A stretch of DNA of 64,000 nucleotides, taken from an uncultured Candidatus Saccharibacteria bacterium (GTDB lineage Bacteria; Patescibacteriota; Minisyncoccia; Phycocordibacterales; Phycocordibacteraceae). The notes under the pieces were generated by a model, which made no database searches, was not told the origin of the DNA, and saw only the letters and a program-made list of their open reading frames with translations. The stretch spans positions 1,325-65,324 of the forward strand of contig CAZSKX010000002.1 of NCBI GenBank assembly GCA_964607655.1, written 5' to 3'. Below, piece after piece: positions 28,792-38,423 of this stretch. The translations under genes were made by a program, and so were the position numbers. How positions within the stretch are numbered: position 1 is the stretch's first letter; each line of letters starts with the position of its first letter.

Positions 28792-29640
28792 ATGAAGACC
28801 TACAAACCAACCACCAAGAGCCGCCGTCAGATGACGACCCTGCCGTACCGAGACCTTCTCTCGGGCGATAAGCCGCACAAGCCACTCTTGCGCGCTAAGA
28901 AGCGCCAGGCGGGCCGTAACGGCTTCGGTCGTATCACGACGCGCCACCAGGGAGGCGGTCACAAGCGTCGTCTTCGCGATGTCGACTTCATCTACGACAA
29001 GAAGGACATTCCGGCTAAGATCGAGACGGTTGAATACGACCCCTTCCGCAGCGCCTTCATAGGCCTTGCGCTCTACGCGGACGGCGCGCGCCGTTATGTG
29101 ATCCTTCCTAAGACGGTTCACGTCGGCTCTAAGTTTATCGTTTCTGAAAAGGCTCCGGTTACGCCCGGTAACCGTCTGCCGCTCGGTGCGATACCTGTTG
29201 GTACGTTCGTTTACAATATCGAACTTTCTCCAGGCGCTGGCGCACAGCTCGTCCGTGGCGCAGGCACCTTCGCTGAAGTGGTCGCTCACGACGCTGGCTA
29301 CGCACAGATCAAGCTCCCTTCGACCGAGATCCGTAAGATCTCAGATCTCTCGTGGGCCTCGGTCGGCTCAGTGGGCAATGAGGAGTACAACCTCGTCGTG
29401 CTCGGTAAGGCAGGCCGTAGCCGCTGGCTCGGTATCCGTCCGACTGTTCGCGGTACTGCGATGAACCCAGTCGATCACCCACACGGAGGCGGTGAAGGGC
29501 GCCAGGGTCGCGGACTCCGCCGTGCGAAGAGCATGTGGGGTAAGCCAACCGGAAAGGGTCAGAAGACTCGTACGCCGAAGAAGTACTCAAATCCGTTTAT
29601 CGTCTCTCGTCGCAAAGTCGGCAAGAAGCGCAAGGGTTAA
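28792..29640 (+). CDS. rplB: 50S ribosomal protein L2
   Basis: 282 aa; GRNGFGRITTRHQGGGHKRRLR, VRGTAMNPVDHPHGGGEGR. Confidence 0.95.
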   Translation: MKTYKPTTKSRRQMTTLPYRDLLSGDKPHKPLLRAKKRQAGRNGFGRITTRHQGGGHKRRLRDVDFIYDKKDIPAKIETVEYDPFRSAFIGLALYADGARRYVILPKTVHVGSKFIVSEKAPVTPGNRLPLGAIPVGTFVYNIELSPGAGAQLVRGAGTFAEVVAHDAGYAQIKLPSTEIRKISDLSWASVGSVGNEEYNLVVLGKAGRSRWLGIRPTVRGTAMNPVDHPHGGGEGRQGRGLRRAKSMWGKPTGKGQKTRTPKKYSNPFIVSRRKVGKKRKG

Positions 29641-29659
29641 TTTTAAACCCGAAGAGAAG

Positions 29660-29695
29660 CAAGAGGCGGCATCTGCCGCCTCTTGTGTTTTTGTG
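29660..29695 (+). terminator. Rho-independent terminator after rplB
   Basis: caagaggcggcatctgccgcctcttg followed by tgtttttgtg. Confidence 0.65.
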
Positions 29696-29746
29696 GGAGC
29701 GTGATATGGTTATATTTAGTCTGTAAAAGTTTCCCAAAGGAGAGTC

Positions 29747-30139
29747 TTGATGGAAATCACCATTCCGGTTGTTCTCGAAGAAAACGACGACGAGTACGCG
29801 GGGTATGTCGACTACTTCAGATCGTTCGACCGCTTGGCGTGTTGGATCCGAATTGAAGTGCATGGCCGAGATGAGATAAAAGTAGGTACACCCGCGGAGC
29901 CGTACCTGTGGATCAAGACCAAGGTCTTTCAGTCTGGTCAGGAGATCGCCGAGATCGAGCGCAGCGGAGCTGACGCCTCGAATGACGTGACGGATGAGCA
30001 GGGTCGAACGTTCGGCAGGGACAGCACGCTCGAAATCAACGGTTCCCGCGTTACCGTCGGATTCAGCGGCAAGCAAGAGCCGTTCGACGATATCGGTTGG
30101 ATACCGACTACCATCATCCTCAAGATCGACGAGATCTGA
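29747..30139 (+). CDS. Hypothetical acidic cytoplasmic protein (130 aa) inserted between rplB and rpsS
   Basis: ORF with its own terminator; no recognisable motif. Confidence 0.4.
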   Translation: MMEITIPVVLEENDDEYAGYVDYFRSFDRLACWIRIEVHGRDEIKVGTPAEPYLWIKTKVFQSGQEIAEIERSGADASNDVTDEQGRTFGRDSTLEINGSRVTVGFSGKQEPFDDIGWIPTTIILKIDEI

Positions 30140-30146
30140 GGCAATA

Positions 30147-30179
30147 AGAGCGGCCGTTCCCGGAGGGAACGGCCGCTTT
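30147..30179. terminator. Bidirectional terminator between convergent genes
   Basis: agagcggccgttcccggagggaacggccgcttt. Confidence 0.65.
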
Positions 30180-30184
30180 AAACA

Positions 30185-30961
30185 TTACTGATACTCAGGC
30201 TTCAAAATATTCTTTAATTCACTGCGTGGAATGGCGACTGTCTGAGGGCCCGCGGCGTACGACGCTACCGCATACGGCGGGAAAAGAATGACCAGAGAGT
30301 CATTATCTAAGAAGAAATGTTGAAAGCTCGCGTCTGTTGGGGTCGTGCCCGCTGCGATCATAGGGTCGTCTGGTGCGGATTCAAGCTCGGCGCCGAGCGA
30401 TGCGCGGGTGAGGCCGGAGAGTCGCGAGAGGTAGCCGCTCTCGGGAATAAACAAGTCATTAAGTTTAAGGGCGCGCCCATTCTGCAGGTCGAACGTGAAT
30501 GTCTTATAGTCGGTGTTCCCGTGAGCACCTAAGGTATCAAGCGCCAGCGTGTAGATATACGAGACGGTGCGGGGAGAAATGGCAGAAACGTAGCTCATCT
30601 GAAGACTTTGCTTGCGTCCTTCGTCATAGCCCATCATCGCGATGTCTTTTGGGGTGAGGTCGTCGAACTTGCCGTCGGTCTTAAATTGGGCAATGGCGGT
30701 CGTGATAAAGCCTTTCATGAGACCAACTGCCACTTGGTCAGAATGGTCCCCCGCGGCGGCCTTGAGAGGGGTCGAGGTGGCATACGTAGCGACGATATCG
30801 TAGTAGTTGGCGTGTTCTTCAATTTTACCAGTATCGCCTGGGCCGATGTAGCTTGTGACTCCCAGCTGCCCTGGCAACATCTCAGGATGGAGGTAGAGGT
30901 AGCCTCCGCCGATGAGGATCAGGCCAATGAGTAGGGCTAATCGGTAGTGCCTAAGGATCAT
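30185..30961 (-). CDS. Membrane-anchored extracytoplasmic protein, DUF3298/DUF4163-like (RsiV / PdaC-type fold)
   Basis: N-terminal TM (LALLIGLILIGGGYLYL); ...GAHGNTDYKTFTFDLQNGRALKLNDLF matches the signature I recall for DUF3298. Confidence 0.45.
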   Translation of the reverse strand: MILRHYRLALLIGLILIGGGYLYLHPEMLPGQLGVTSYIGPGDTGKIEEHANYYDIVATYATSTPLKAAAGDHSDQVAVGLMKGFITTAIAQFKTDGKFDDLTPKDIAMMGYDEGRKQSLQMSYVSAISPRTVSYIYTLALDTLGAHGNTDYKTFTFDLQNGRALKLNDLFIPESGYLSRLSGLTRASLGAELESAPDDPMIAAGTTPTDASFQHFFLDNDSLVILFPPYAVASYAAGPQTVAIPRSELKNILKPEYQ

Positions 30962-31056
30962 AAAGCAAGTATAGCAGGTAGGCCTTTGTTGACGATTTAA
31001 AGTACTTCCTGTATCTTTCGTATATCCCGCACAGCGGGCTTTTCATTGCTTTATCT

Positions 31057-31395
31057 ATGGCGCGATCGCTTAAAAAAGGACCCTTCGTAGACGTCAAACT
31101 CTCGAAGAAAATCTCAGGCCTTAAACCTTCCACTGCGGGGGTTATTAAGACGTGGGCGCGCCGGAGCCAGATTAGCCCGGAAATGGTCGGTTTTACCTTT
31201 GGTGTCCACAATGGCAAGAGTCACGTGGAAGTCCTTGTCTCCGAGGAGATGGTGGGGCATCGCCTAGGTGAATTCTCCCCGACGAAGAAGTTCGTCCGTC
31301 ACGGAGGCAAGATGCAGAAGGAAATGGAGCAAAAGAAGGCTCAGGCCGGTATTGATGCTGCTAAGTCTGCCAAGGCCGCTCCTGCTAAGAAATAA
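31057..31395 (+). CDS. rpsS: 30S ribosomal protein S19 (C-terminal extension)
   Basis: [12 protein letters not shown]...[18 protein letters not shown]. Confidence 0.9.
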   Translation: MARSLKKGPFVDVKLSKKISGLKPSTAGVIKTWARRSQISPEMVGFTFGVHNGKSHVEVLVSEEMVGHRLGEFSPTKKFVRHGGKMQKEMEQKKAQAGIDAAKSAKAAPAKK

Positions 31396-31397
31396 CC

Positions 31398-31724
31398 ATG
31401 GCTACCGCTACTCTCGAGACCTATAACCAGTCACCCCGCAAGGTCCGCCTTGTGACGAACCTCGTGAAGGGCAAGAAGGTAGAGGACGCGCTTGCGGCCC
31501 TCACCTTCCTCCCTAAGCGTGCAGCAGAGCCGATCGCTAAGCTCATCAAGAGCGCAGCGGCCAACGCGGCGCAGACGGGGGAGAAGGTCGAAGACCTTAA
31601 GGTGGAGAACATCATCGTAGAGAGCGCCGGGATGATGTCTCGCTTTATGCCCCGCGCCTTTGGTCGCGCTTCGAAGATCCGCCGTCGCCGCTCACGCGTG
31701 AAGGTCACGCTCGCAGGCAAATAA
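31398..31724 (+). CDS. rplV: 50S ribosomal protein L22
   Basis: SPRKVRLVTNLVKGKKVEDALAALTF...; position. Confidence 0.9.
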   Translation: MATATLETYNQSPRKVRLVTNLVKGKKVEDALAALTFLPKRAAEPIAKLIKSAAANAAQTGEKVEDLKVENIIVESAGMMSRFMPRAFGRASKIRRRRSRVKVTLAGK

Positions 31725-31731
31725 TTTTGAT

Positions 31732-32412
31732 ATGACACATACCGTACATCCCTATGCACACCGTCTCGGCACCATCCGAGGCTGGAGGAGTCGCTGGTTT
31801 GCTGGCGATAAGAAGAACTACCGCGAGAACATCATGGTAGACGAGACCATCCGCCGCTTTTTGACCAAGCGTCTGCGTGGCACGTACTCGAGCGGTATCG
31901 AGATCGAGCGCTCAGCAAGCGAGCTTCACGTTGTAGTGTCGAGCGCCCGCCCGGGTCTTATTATCGGTCGTTCAGGCGAGAACGTGGCGAAGCTCCGCAA
32001 GGAACTTTCTGAGGTAGTGCGCAAGACTGCTCCGACCGACCGCCGCACGCTCAAGATTGACATTAACGAGATTCGCCAAGCAGAGACCGACGCTGCGGTG
32101 GTGGCGTATATGGTCGCTGAGGGTCTCGAGAAGCGCATGCCGTTCCGACGCGTGCTTAAGCAGACGATCGAGAAGGTCATGGCCGCTCGTGAGGTCGAGG
32201 GCGTACGTATCACACTTTCTGGTCGCTTGGGTGGCGCTGACATGAGCCGCAAGGAGGAGCTTCGCAAGGGTCGCATTCCGCTCCAGACCTTTGCTGCAGA
32301 TATCGATTTCGCTAGCGAGCGTGCTTACATGCCGTACGGCGTGATCGGTATCAAGGTCTGGATCTTCCGCGGTAATGCTCATCAGGACAAGCGCGCTCCT
32401 GCGCGCGCATAA
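31732..32412 (+). CDS. rpsC: 30S ribosomal protein S3
   Basis: KH domain and S3 C-terminal domain motifs (GIKVWIFRG). Confidence 0.92.
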   Translation: MTHTVHPYAHRLGTIRGWRSRWFAGDKKNYRENIMVDETIRRFLTKRLRGTYSSGIEIERSASELHVVVSSARPGLIIGRSGENVAKLRKELSEVVRKTAPTDRRTLKIDINEIRQAETDAAVVAYMVAEGLEKRMPFRRVLKQTIEKVMAAREVEGVRITLSGRLGGADMSRKEELRKGRIPLQTFAADIDFASERAYMPYGVIGIKVWIFRGNAHQDKRAPARA

Positions 32413-32421
32413 TAAACGCTT

Positions 32422-32841
32422 ATGTTGTTTCCTAAAAAAGCAAAACACCGCAAGTGGCAGACTGGACGCAAGAGCCCGCAGCGTCTTATGCGCCCCGATA
32501 CCCGTGGCACCACGGTAGCCTTTGGCTCGTTTGGTCTTAAGGCTACGACCAGTGCTCGCATGACGAGCAACCAGATTGAAGCAGCGCGTAAGGTACTCAC
32601 CCGTGCGGTCGCGAAGAACGGGAAACTCTGGATCCGTATCTTCCCTGATCGTCCTGTGACGGCTAAGCCAGCCGAGGTGGGTATGGGTAGCGGTAAGGGC
32701 GATCCGAAGCACTATGTCTTTGAGGTACGTCCAGGCCGTGTGCTCTTCGAGCTCGATGGTGTTGCTGAGGATGTCGCGCGTAGCTACCTTCGCCACGCGG
32801 GGATGAAGCTCCCGGTCTCGACGACGGTCGTAAAGCGCTAA
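32422..32841 (+). CDS. rplP: 50S ribosomal protein L16
   Basis: MLFPKKAKHRK...; position after rpsC. Confidence 0.88.
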   Translation: MLFPKKAKHRKWQTGRKSPQRLMRPDTRGTTVAFGSFGLKATTSARMTSNQIEAARKVLTRAVAKNGKLWIRIFPDRPVTAKPAEVGMGSGKGDPKHYVFEVRPGRVLFELDGVAEDVARSYLRHAGMKLPVSTTVVKR

Positions 32842-32851
32842 TTATTTACGT

Positions 32852-33052
32852 ATGGCAAAGAAGCTTTCATTTAAAGAGAAGGGCGAAGCAGAGCTCCAGA
32901 AGCTTCTGGAAGAGTCGCGTGCGACGCTGCGCACTGAGCGCTTTGCGGCAGCGGGTGCCCGCCCGAAGGATTCGAACGCACCGCGCAAGCTGCGTAAGAC
33001 TATTGCACGCGTGCTCACCGAACAAACGGTTCGTGCTCGCAAGACCGCCTAA
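32852..33052 (+). CDS. rpmC: 50S ribosomal protein L29
   Basis: 66-aa helical protein (ELQKLLEESRATLRTERF) after rplP. Confidence 0.8.
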   Translation: MAKKLSFKEKGEAELQKLLEESRATLRTERFAAAGARPKDSNAPRKLRKTIARVLTEQTVRARKTA

Positions 33053-33059
33053 CTTACTT

Positions 33060-33302
33060 ATGGAAACAAAAACTACTCGCCCCCAAGCATTCTCAGGAGT
33101 CGTCGTAAAGACGGCGATGACCGATACGGCCACAGTACGCGTGGACCGCTATGTGAAGCACCCGAAGTACAAGAAGTACCGCACGCTCTCTAAGAAGTAC
33201 CTCGTACACAACCCAGGCAACGAAGCTCAGGTGGGGGACAAGGTGACGATCGTCGCGGTCCGTCCGATCTCGAAGATGAAGCGCTTCGCTATCAAAAAGT
33301 AA
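33060..33302 (+). CDS. rpsQ: 30S ribosomal protein S17
   Basis: FSGVVVKTAMTDTATVRVDRYVKHPKYKKY...GDKVTIVAVRPISKMKRF; the track ORF from 32919 is an upstream extension. Confidence 0.9.
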   Translation: METKTTRPQAFSGVVVKTAMTDTATVRVDRYVKHPKYKKYRTLSKKYLVHNPGNEAQVGDKVTIVAVRPISKMKRFAIKK

Positions 33303-33303
33303 T

Positions 33304-33681
33304 ATGTTGCAGCCTCAATCAATCGTAAAAGTAGCAGATAACTCAGGCGGCCAGATCGCTCGCGTGTTCAAGGTGCCGGGGGGCTCACACAAGCGCTATG
33401 CACGTATCGGTGAGGTGGTTATCGTCTCGATCCAGACGGCGCAGCCACGCAAGGCGGTGAAGAAGAAGGATATTTACCGCGCGGTGGTCGTCCGCTCGAC
33501 CCGCCCGTTTGCTCGCAAGGACGGTTCCTACATCCGCTTCGATGAGAACGCCGTGGTCTTGATCGAGAAGCAGGGTAAGGAGATGGGTCCGAAGGGCAAC
33601 CGCGTCTTCGGTCCGGTCCCTCGCGAGCTCTCAGAGAAGGGGTGGCACAATATCGCTTCCCTCGCGCCCGAAGTCGTCTAA
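33304..33681 (+). CDS. rplN: 50S ribosomal protein L14
   Basis: MLQPQSIVKVADNSGG... Confidence 0.92.
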   Translation: MLQPQSIVKVADNSGGQIARVFKVPGGSHKRYARIGEVVIVSIQTAQPRKAVKKKDIYRAVVVRSTRPFARKDGSYIRFDENAVVLIEKQGKEMGPKGNRVFGPVPRELSEKGWHNIASLAPEVV

Positions 33682-33691
33682 TTATTTTCGT

Positions 33692-33910
33692 ATGCATGTA
33701 AAAAAAGGCGACAAGGTAAAGGTGCTCACGGGTAAGGACAAGGGCAAGTCCGGCGTGATTCTCCGTGCGCTCCCTAAGGAGCGTAAGGTGGTGGTCGACG
33801 GGATCGCGATGGCGAAGCGTCACCTGAAGCGCCGCCAGGGACAGTCGGGTCACATCGTCGAGCGACCACGTCCGATCGATGCGTCGAATGTCGCGCGTAT
33901 TGAAAAATAG
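33692..33910 (+). CDS. rplX: 50S ribosomal protein L24
   Basis: MHVKKGDKVKVLTGKDKGKSGVI... Confidence 0.88.
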   Translation: MHVKKGDKVKVLTGKDKGKSGVILRALPKERKVVVDGIAMAKRHLKRRQGQSGHIVERPRPIDASNVARIEK

Positions 33911-33932
33911 TTGAGAAATAATTTTGAGAAGT

Positions 33933-34484
33933 ATGTCTATTACCAAAGATCGTCAGCAGACCTCATTCCAAACGCTCAAGGAGACGTTTGGGTACACGAG
34001 CGTGATGCAGGGCCCGCGCATCTCCAAGATCATCGTCTCGACCGGAGTGGGTAAGAAGCGCGACAAGAAGCAAGTCGAGCTCATTTCTGATCGTCTTGCG
34101 AAGATCACGGGCCAGAAGCCTTCAGCGCGTCCGGCAAAGCTCTCGATCGCGTCCTTCAAGGTGCGCGAGGGCGAGACCGTCGGGCTCCAGGTAACGCTTC
34201 GTGGCGCGCGTATGTATGACTTCGTCGATAAGTTTATCCATATCGCCCTCCCTCGCACCCGCGACTTCCGCGGCCTCTCGGCGAAGGCTGTTGATGACAT
34301 GGGGAACATGACGGTCGGGATCAAGGAGCACACCATTTTCCCCGAGACTTCAGACGAAGACTTGAAGGATGTGTTTGGACTCGCGGTTACGATCGTTACG
34401 ACTGCAAAAACGAAAGCTGAGGCCGAAGCTTTCTTCCGTCATATCGGAATGCCGCTCGTCGTTGACGGAAGCGTAAAACGTTGA
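33933..34484 (+). CDS. rplE: 50S ribosomal protein L5
   Basis: L5 motifs (PRISKIIVSTGVG, HIALPRTRDFRGL). Confidence 0.9.
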   Translation: MSITKDRQQTSFQTLKETFGYTSVMQGPRISKIIVSTGVGKKRDKKQVELISDRLAKITGQKPSARPAKLSIASFKVREGETVGLQVTLRGARMYDFVDKFIHIALPRTRDFRGLSAKAVDDMGNMTVGIKEHTIFPETSDEDLKDVFGLAVTIVTTAKTKAEAEAFFRHIGMPLVVDGSVKR

Positions 34485-34520
34485 TAATCTGAGCACACGC
34501 TCTTCCGAGCTTATTTTTTT

Positions 34521-34790
34521 ATGGCAAAAACCTCAGTCCTAGCACGCAACAAGAAGCGCATGAAGCTCGTCGCGAAGTACGCGGCGAAGCGCGCGGCTCT
34601 TAAGGCTGCCGGTGACGCTGAGGGCCTCCAGAAGCTCCCCCGCAACGCCTCCCCGGTGCGCCTGAAGAACCGCTGTGCGATCTCGGGCCGCCCCCGCGGC
34701 TATATGCGCACCTTTGGGCTCTCACGCATTCAGTTCCGCGAACTTGCGCTCGACGGGAAGATTCCCGGCGTCAAAAAAGCATCATGGTAA
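34521..34790 (+). CDS. rpsN: 30S ribosomal protein S14 (long, non-zinc form)
   Basis: [40 protein letters not shown]. Confidence 0.88.
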   Translation: MAKTSVLARNKKRMKLVAKYAAKRAALKAAGDAEGLQKLPRNASPVRLKNRCAISGRPRGYMRTFGLSRIQFRELALDGKIPGVKKASW

Positions 34791-35185
34791 CCGACCGCAT
34801 AGGAGATTTCATCATTCGTCTACAGAACGCGGCTGCGATCAGCAAGCGCGAGGTGCACGCGCCGTATTCGGGCTATCTTCTTGAGATCGCCAAGAAGCTG
34901 AAGCAGCTCGGATTCCTCACACGGGTTGAAGTAAAGGAGAAAGAGGGCAGTGCTAAGAAGACTCTCGTGGTTGAGCTCAGCTACAACGAGAAAGGAATCG
35001 CTCGTCTTCATGGCGTAAAGCGAATCAGCAAGCCGGGTCGTCGTCTCTATGCTGCGCACCAAGACGCTCACCGTGTGCGCAGTGGTGTCGGAGCTCGCAT
35101 TTTGACCACCTCAGCAGGTGTGCTTTCTGACGTTGAGGCACGTAAGGCAAAGGTTGGCGGCGAAGAGCTGTTTGAAATCTGGTAA
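34784..35185 (+). CDS. rpsH: 30S ribosomal protein S8
   Basis: [24 protein letters not shown]... Confidence 0.9.
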   Translation: MVTDRIGDFIIRLQNAAAISKREVHAPYSGYLLEIAKKLKQLGFLTRVEVKEKEGSAKKTLVVELSYNEKGIARLHGVKRISKPGRRLYAAHQDAHRVRSGVGARILTTSAGVLSDVEARKAKVGGEELFEIW

Positions 35186-35189
35186 TCAT

Positions 35190-35720
35190 ATGAGTCGCCT
35201 TGCTAAAAAACCAATCTCTCCTGGAAAGGCCACCGTTACGGTGGATGGCGGAACCCTTACGGTAAAGGGGTCGAAGGCGACGCTGACGAAGCGTGTGCAT
35301 CCGGTAGTGAAGATCTCAGTTGAGACCGAAGGCATCGTCGTCACCCCGAAGGATTCATCAAAGCTGGCACGCGCGCTCACGGGCACCTTCGCTTCGCATG
35401 TGAAGAACATGGTCCAAGGCGTCGATCAGCCGTTCACCAAGAAACTTATTCTTGAAGGTGTCGGCTACCGCATGGAGCTTAAGGGCAAAGACTTGGTGCT
35501 TACCGTCGGCTTCTCGCACACGGTAACACTTGCAGTTCCTGAAGACGTGACTGCGGTCCTTGAGAAAAATGCGCTCACCCTCTCGAGCTCAAACAAGGAG
35601 TCCGTCGGACAATTTGCTGCAAATGTCCGCCGCATCAAGCCGCCGGAGCCGTACCTTGGGAAGGGTATTCGCTACGATGGTGAAGTGATCCGCCGTAAGC
35701 AGGGTAAGAAGGCTGTCTAA
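35190..35720 (+). CDS. rplF: 50S ribosomal protein L6
   Basis: [20 protein letters not shown]...; the track ORF from 35118 is an upstream extension. Confidence 0.9.
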   Translation: MSRLAKKPISPGKATVTVDGGTLTVKGSKATLTKRVHPVVKISVETEGIVVTPKDSSKLARALTGTFASHVKNMVQGVDQPFTKKLILEGVGYRMELKGKDLVLTVGFSHTVTLAVPEDVTAVLEKNALTLSSSNKESVGQFAANVRRIKPPEPYLGKGIRYDGEVIRRKQGKKAV

Positions 35721-35725
35721 TATTT

Positions 35726-36076
35726 ATGATTCACGGAGCTAAAACAAAACAAGAACTGCGGACACGTCGTCGTATCCGGATTCGCGCAAAGGTGGAAGGC
35801 ACGCAGGAGCGTCCACGTCTTTCCGTGTTCCGTAGCAATCGCTTTATCTCGGTCCAGGTGATCGATGACACGACAGGTAAGACGTTGGTCGCAGTACATA
35901 GTCGCGAGTTCAAGGGCACCCCGTCAGTACAGGCAAAGGCTGTCGGTGAGGCGATCGCGAAGAAGGCAAAGGCTGCTGGGATTACCTCGGTCGTGTTTGA
36001 TCGCGGCGGATACCAGTACTCGGGTCAGGTGAAGGCTGTGGCCGACGCTGCACGCGAAGGCGGACTTACTTTTTAA
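35726..36076 (+). CDS. rplR: 50S ribosomal protein L18
   Basis: [18 protein letters not shown]...; position. Confidence 0.88.
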   Translation: MIHGAKTKQELRTRRRIRIRAKVEGTQERPRLSVFRSNRFISVQVIDDTTGKTLVAVHSREFKGTPSVQAKAVGEAIAKKAKAAGITSVVFDRGGYQYSGQVKAVADAAREGGLTF

Positions 36077-36081
36077 ACTAT

Positions 36082-36663
36082 ATGGATACCACGAAACTCG
36101 AACCAAAGACGAACGATACCGCAGCTGCTCCGGTAGAGGCTGCTGCAGCAGCGCCTGAGCGCGAGTCGCGTGGTCGTGGTGCTGTCCGTGGCCGTTCGCC
36201 GCGCACGCGCGCGCCTCGCGAGCGTGGCGAGTTCGACCAGGTGACGATCGACGTGCGCCGTGTGGCCCGCGTTATGGCTGGCGGACGCCGCTTCAACTTC
36301 AGCCTCGTGGTCGTTATCGGTGACCGCAAGGGCCGCGTCGGAGTGGGTCTTGGGAAGGCGGGGGACACTGCTCTTGCGATCGAGAAGGCGACGCGCGATG
36401 CGCAGAAAAATCTTTTCTCGATTCCTCGTACGAAGTCGGGCTCAATCCCACACGCGGTGAAGGCAAAGTACGCATCGTCGACAGTTGAAATCTTTCCTTC
36501 GAAGGGTCGCGGCCTCGTTGCCGGCTCGGCAGTCCGTACGGTACTCGATTTGGGTGGCGTAACTGACGTGGTGACGAAGATCCACAGCCGTTCCAAGAAC
36601 AAGCTCACCATCGCTCGTGCGACGGTAGAGGCGCTTAAGAGCCTCTCGACCAAGGCCTCATAA
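36082..36663 (+). CDS. rpsE: 30S ribosomal protein S5 (Ala/Arg-rich N-terminal extension)
   Basis: VTIDVRRVARVMAGGRRFNFSLVVVIGDRKGRVGVGLGKAGD... Confidence 0.9.
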   Translation: MDTTKLEPKTNDTAAAPVEAAAAAPERESRGRGAVRGRSPRTRAPRERGEFDQVTIDVRRVARVMAGGRRFNFSLVVVIGDRKGRVGVGLGKAGDTALAIEKATRDAQKNLFSIPRTKSGSIPHAVKAKYASSTVEIFPSKGRGLVAGSAVRTVLDLGGVTDVVTKIHSRSKNKLTIARATVEALKSLSTKAS

Positions 36664-36678
36664 TGCTAGTATTTTCGT

Positions 36679-37116
36679 ATGCAATTACACTCACTTAAAG
36701 CAAGGACCAAGCGTAACATTCCCGAGCCAGTAGGGCGCGGTGGTAAGCGCGGCAAGACGAGCGGACGCGGCGGTAAGGGTCAGACCGCACGTGCCGGTCA
36801 CAAGATCCGCCCGGAAGTCCGCGATCTCTTGAAGAAGCTGCCGAAGCGTCGTGGACACGGCAAGAATCGTGCGCGTACCGTACGCTCTGAGCGCGTTGTG
36901 TACCAGAGCGTCAATCTCGCGACGCTCGATGAGATGTTTAACGCGGGTGAGACGGTTTCTCCGGCAACGCTCCTCGCAAGGGGTCTTGTCCACCGTGTGA
37001 AAGGTCGTGCTCCTCGCGTAAAGATTCTTGGTACGGGCACACTCTCGAAGAAGTTGGTGCTGAAAGGTTGCCAGCTCTCAGCTACAGCCGCCGCGGCGTT
37101 CTCGACGGCCGCCTAA
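36679..37116 (+). CDS. rplO: 50S ribosomal protein L15
   Basis: GRGGKRGKTSGRGGKGQTARAGHK... follows rpsE with no rpmD (L30) between them. Confidence 0.88.
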   Translation: MQLHSLKARTKRNIPEPVGRGGKRGKTSGRGGKGQTARAGHKIRPEVRDLLKKLPKRRGHGKNRARTVRSERVVYQSVNLATLDEMFNAGETVSPATLLARGLVHRVKGRAPRVKILGTGTLSKKLVLKGCQLSATAAAAFSTAA

Positions 37117-37119
37117 GCC

Positions 37120-38394
37120 ATGATTGAGACCTTCGTCAGGAAAACAAAAATCGCTTTTGGCGATCGCGATATTCGTGCGCGCATGCTCTTCCTCGCGGGG
37201 GCACTTGTCGTCTTTCGTCTGCTCGCGACGATCCCGATCCCTGGCGTCGACCGTAATGCGCTTGCCGCTTTTCTCACACAAAATCAGTTCTTCGGACTCT
37301 TAAACCTCTTCTCAGGCGGAGGTCTCTCGCAGCTCTCGATCGTGATGCTTGGTGTCGGGCCCTACATCACGGCGTCGATCATCATGCAGCTCGGCACCAT
37401 TATCTTCCCGCAGATTAAGGAAGCCTACTTTGAAGAAGGGGAGGCGGGACGTGCAAAGTTTACCCAGTGGAGCCGCCTGCTCTGTATCCCGATCGCGGTA
37501 TTGCAATCGATTGCGTTCCTCTTCTTGCTTCAAAACCAAGGCGTGATTCCACAGCTTGGTTCGGCAGCCTTTGTCGCCAACATCTGCATCATCACGGCTG
37601 GTTCGCTCCTCCTTATGTGGCTCGGTGAGCTCGTGACGGAGTTTGGCATCGGGAACGGTGTATCGCTCATTATCTTGGCCGGTATCCTCGCGAGCGTCCC
37701 AGGGAGTATTTCGCAGGCCCTTTTTGCCTCGACGGCAGCAAACATTCCCGCCTACCTCGCATTCTTTGTTCTTGGGCTTGCGATGGTGTACGCGGTCGTA
37801 GTCGTCTCTGACGCTGAGCGCTCGATCCCGATCGCCTATGCGCGCGCGGTACGAGGGGCAGCGCTCTCTCAGGGCGCAGCTACGTATCTCCCGATTCGCC
37901 TGCTTCAGGCCGGAGTGATTCCAATCATTTTCGCACTCTCACTTCTCCTCCTCCCGCAAATGGTCCTAACGGCGCTCGGCGCGTGGAAATTCTCCTTCGC
38001 GACTGTCTGGGCAGCGAACTATAGCGCCTTCTTGGCTAATACGTGGCAGTATGGCGCCGTCTACTTCGTGCTGGTGGTGCTCTTTACCTACTTCTACACC
38101 TCAGTGACCTTCGAGCCACACCGCGTCGCAGAAAATCTCCAAAAGACGGGAGCCTTTATCCCAGGAGTACGACCAGGCCGCGAGACCGAAGAGTACGTGG
38201 GTAACGTCGTACACCGCGTGACCTTCCCGGGCTCAGTCTTCCTCGGCCTTATCGCGGTCGCTCCGTCGGTCATCCAAGGCCTTACGGGCATCACAACGCT
38301 TGCGATCGGCGGTACCGCACTCCTGATCGGCGTCCAGGTCGCCCTCGACCTCGCGCAGAAGATCGACGCGCAGGTCTCCCTCCGCGAGTATTAA
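37120..38394 (+). CDS. secY: Preprotein translocase subunit SecY
   Basis: 424 aa; 10-TM SecY pattern (GVGPYITASIIMQL, WLGELVTEFGIGNGVSLIIL). Confidence 0.95.
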   Translation: MIETFVRKTKIAFGDRDIRARMLFLAGALVVFRLLATIPIPGVDRNALAAFLTQNQFFGLLNLFSGGGLSQLSIVMLGVGPYITASIIMQLGTIIFPQIKEAYFEEGEAGRAKFTQWSRLLCIPIAVLQSIAFLFLLQNQGVIPQLGSAAFVANICIITAGSLLLMWLGELVTEFGIGNGVSLIILAGILASVPGSISQALFASTAANIPAYLAFFVLGLAMVYAVVVVSDAERSIPIAYARAVRGAALSQGAATYLPIRLLQAGVIPIIFALSLLLLPQMVLTALGAWKFSFATVWAANYSAFLANTWQYGAVYFVLVVLFTYFYTSVTFEPHRVAENLQKTGAFIPGVRPGRETEEYVGNVVHRVTFPGSVFLGLIAVAPSVIQGLTGITTLAIGGTALLIGVQVALDLAQKIDAQVSLREY

Positions 38395-38423
38395 TTCTTG
38401 TTGGCTAGTGATACACTAGGCCG

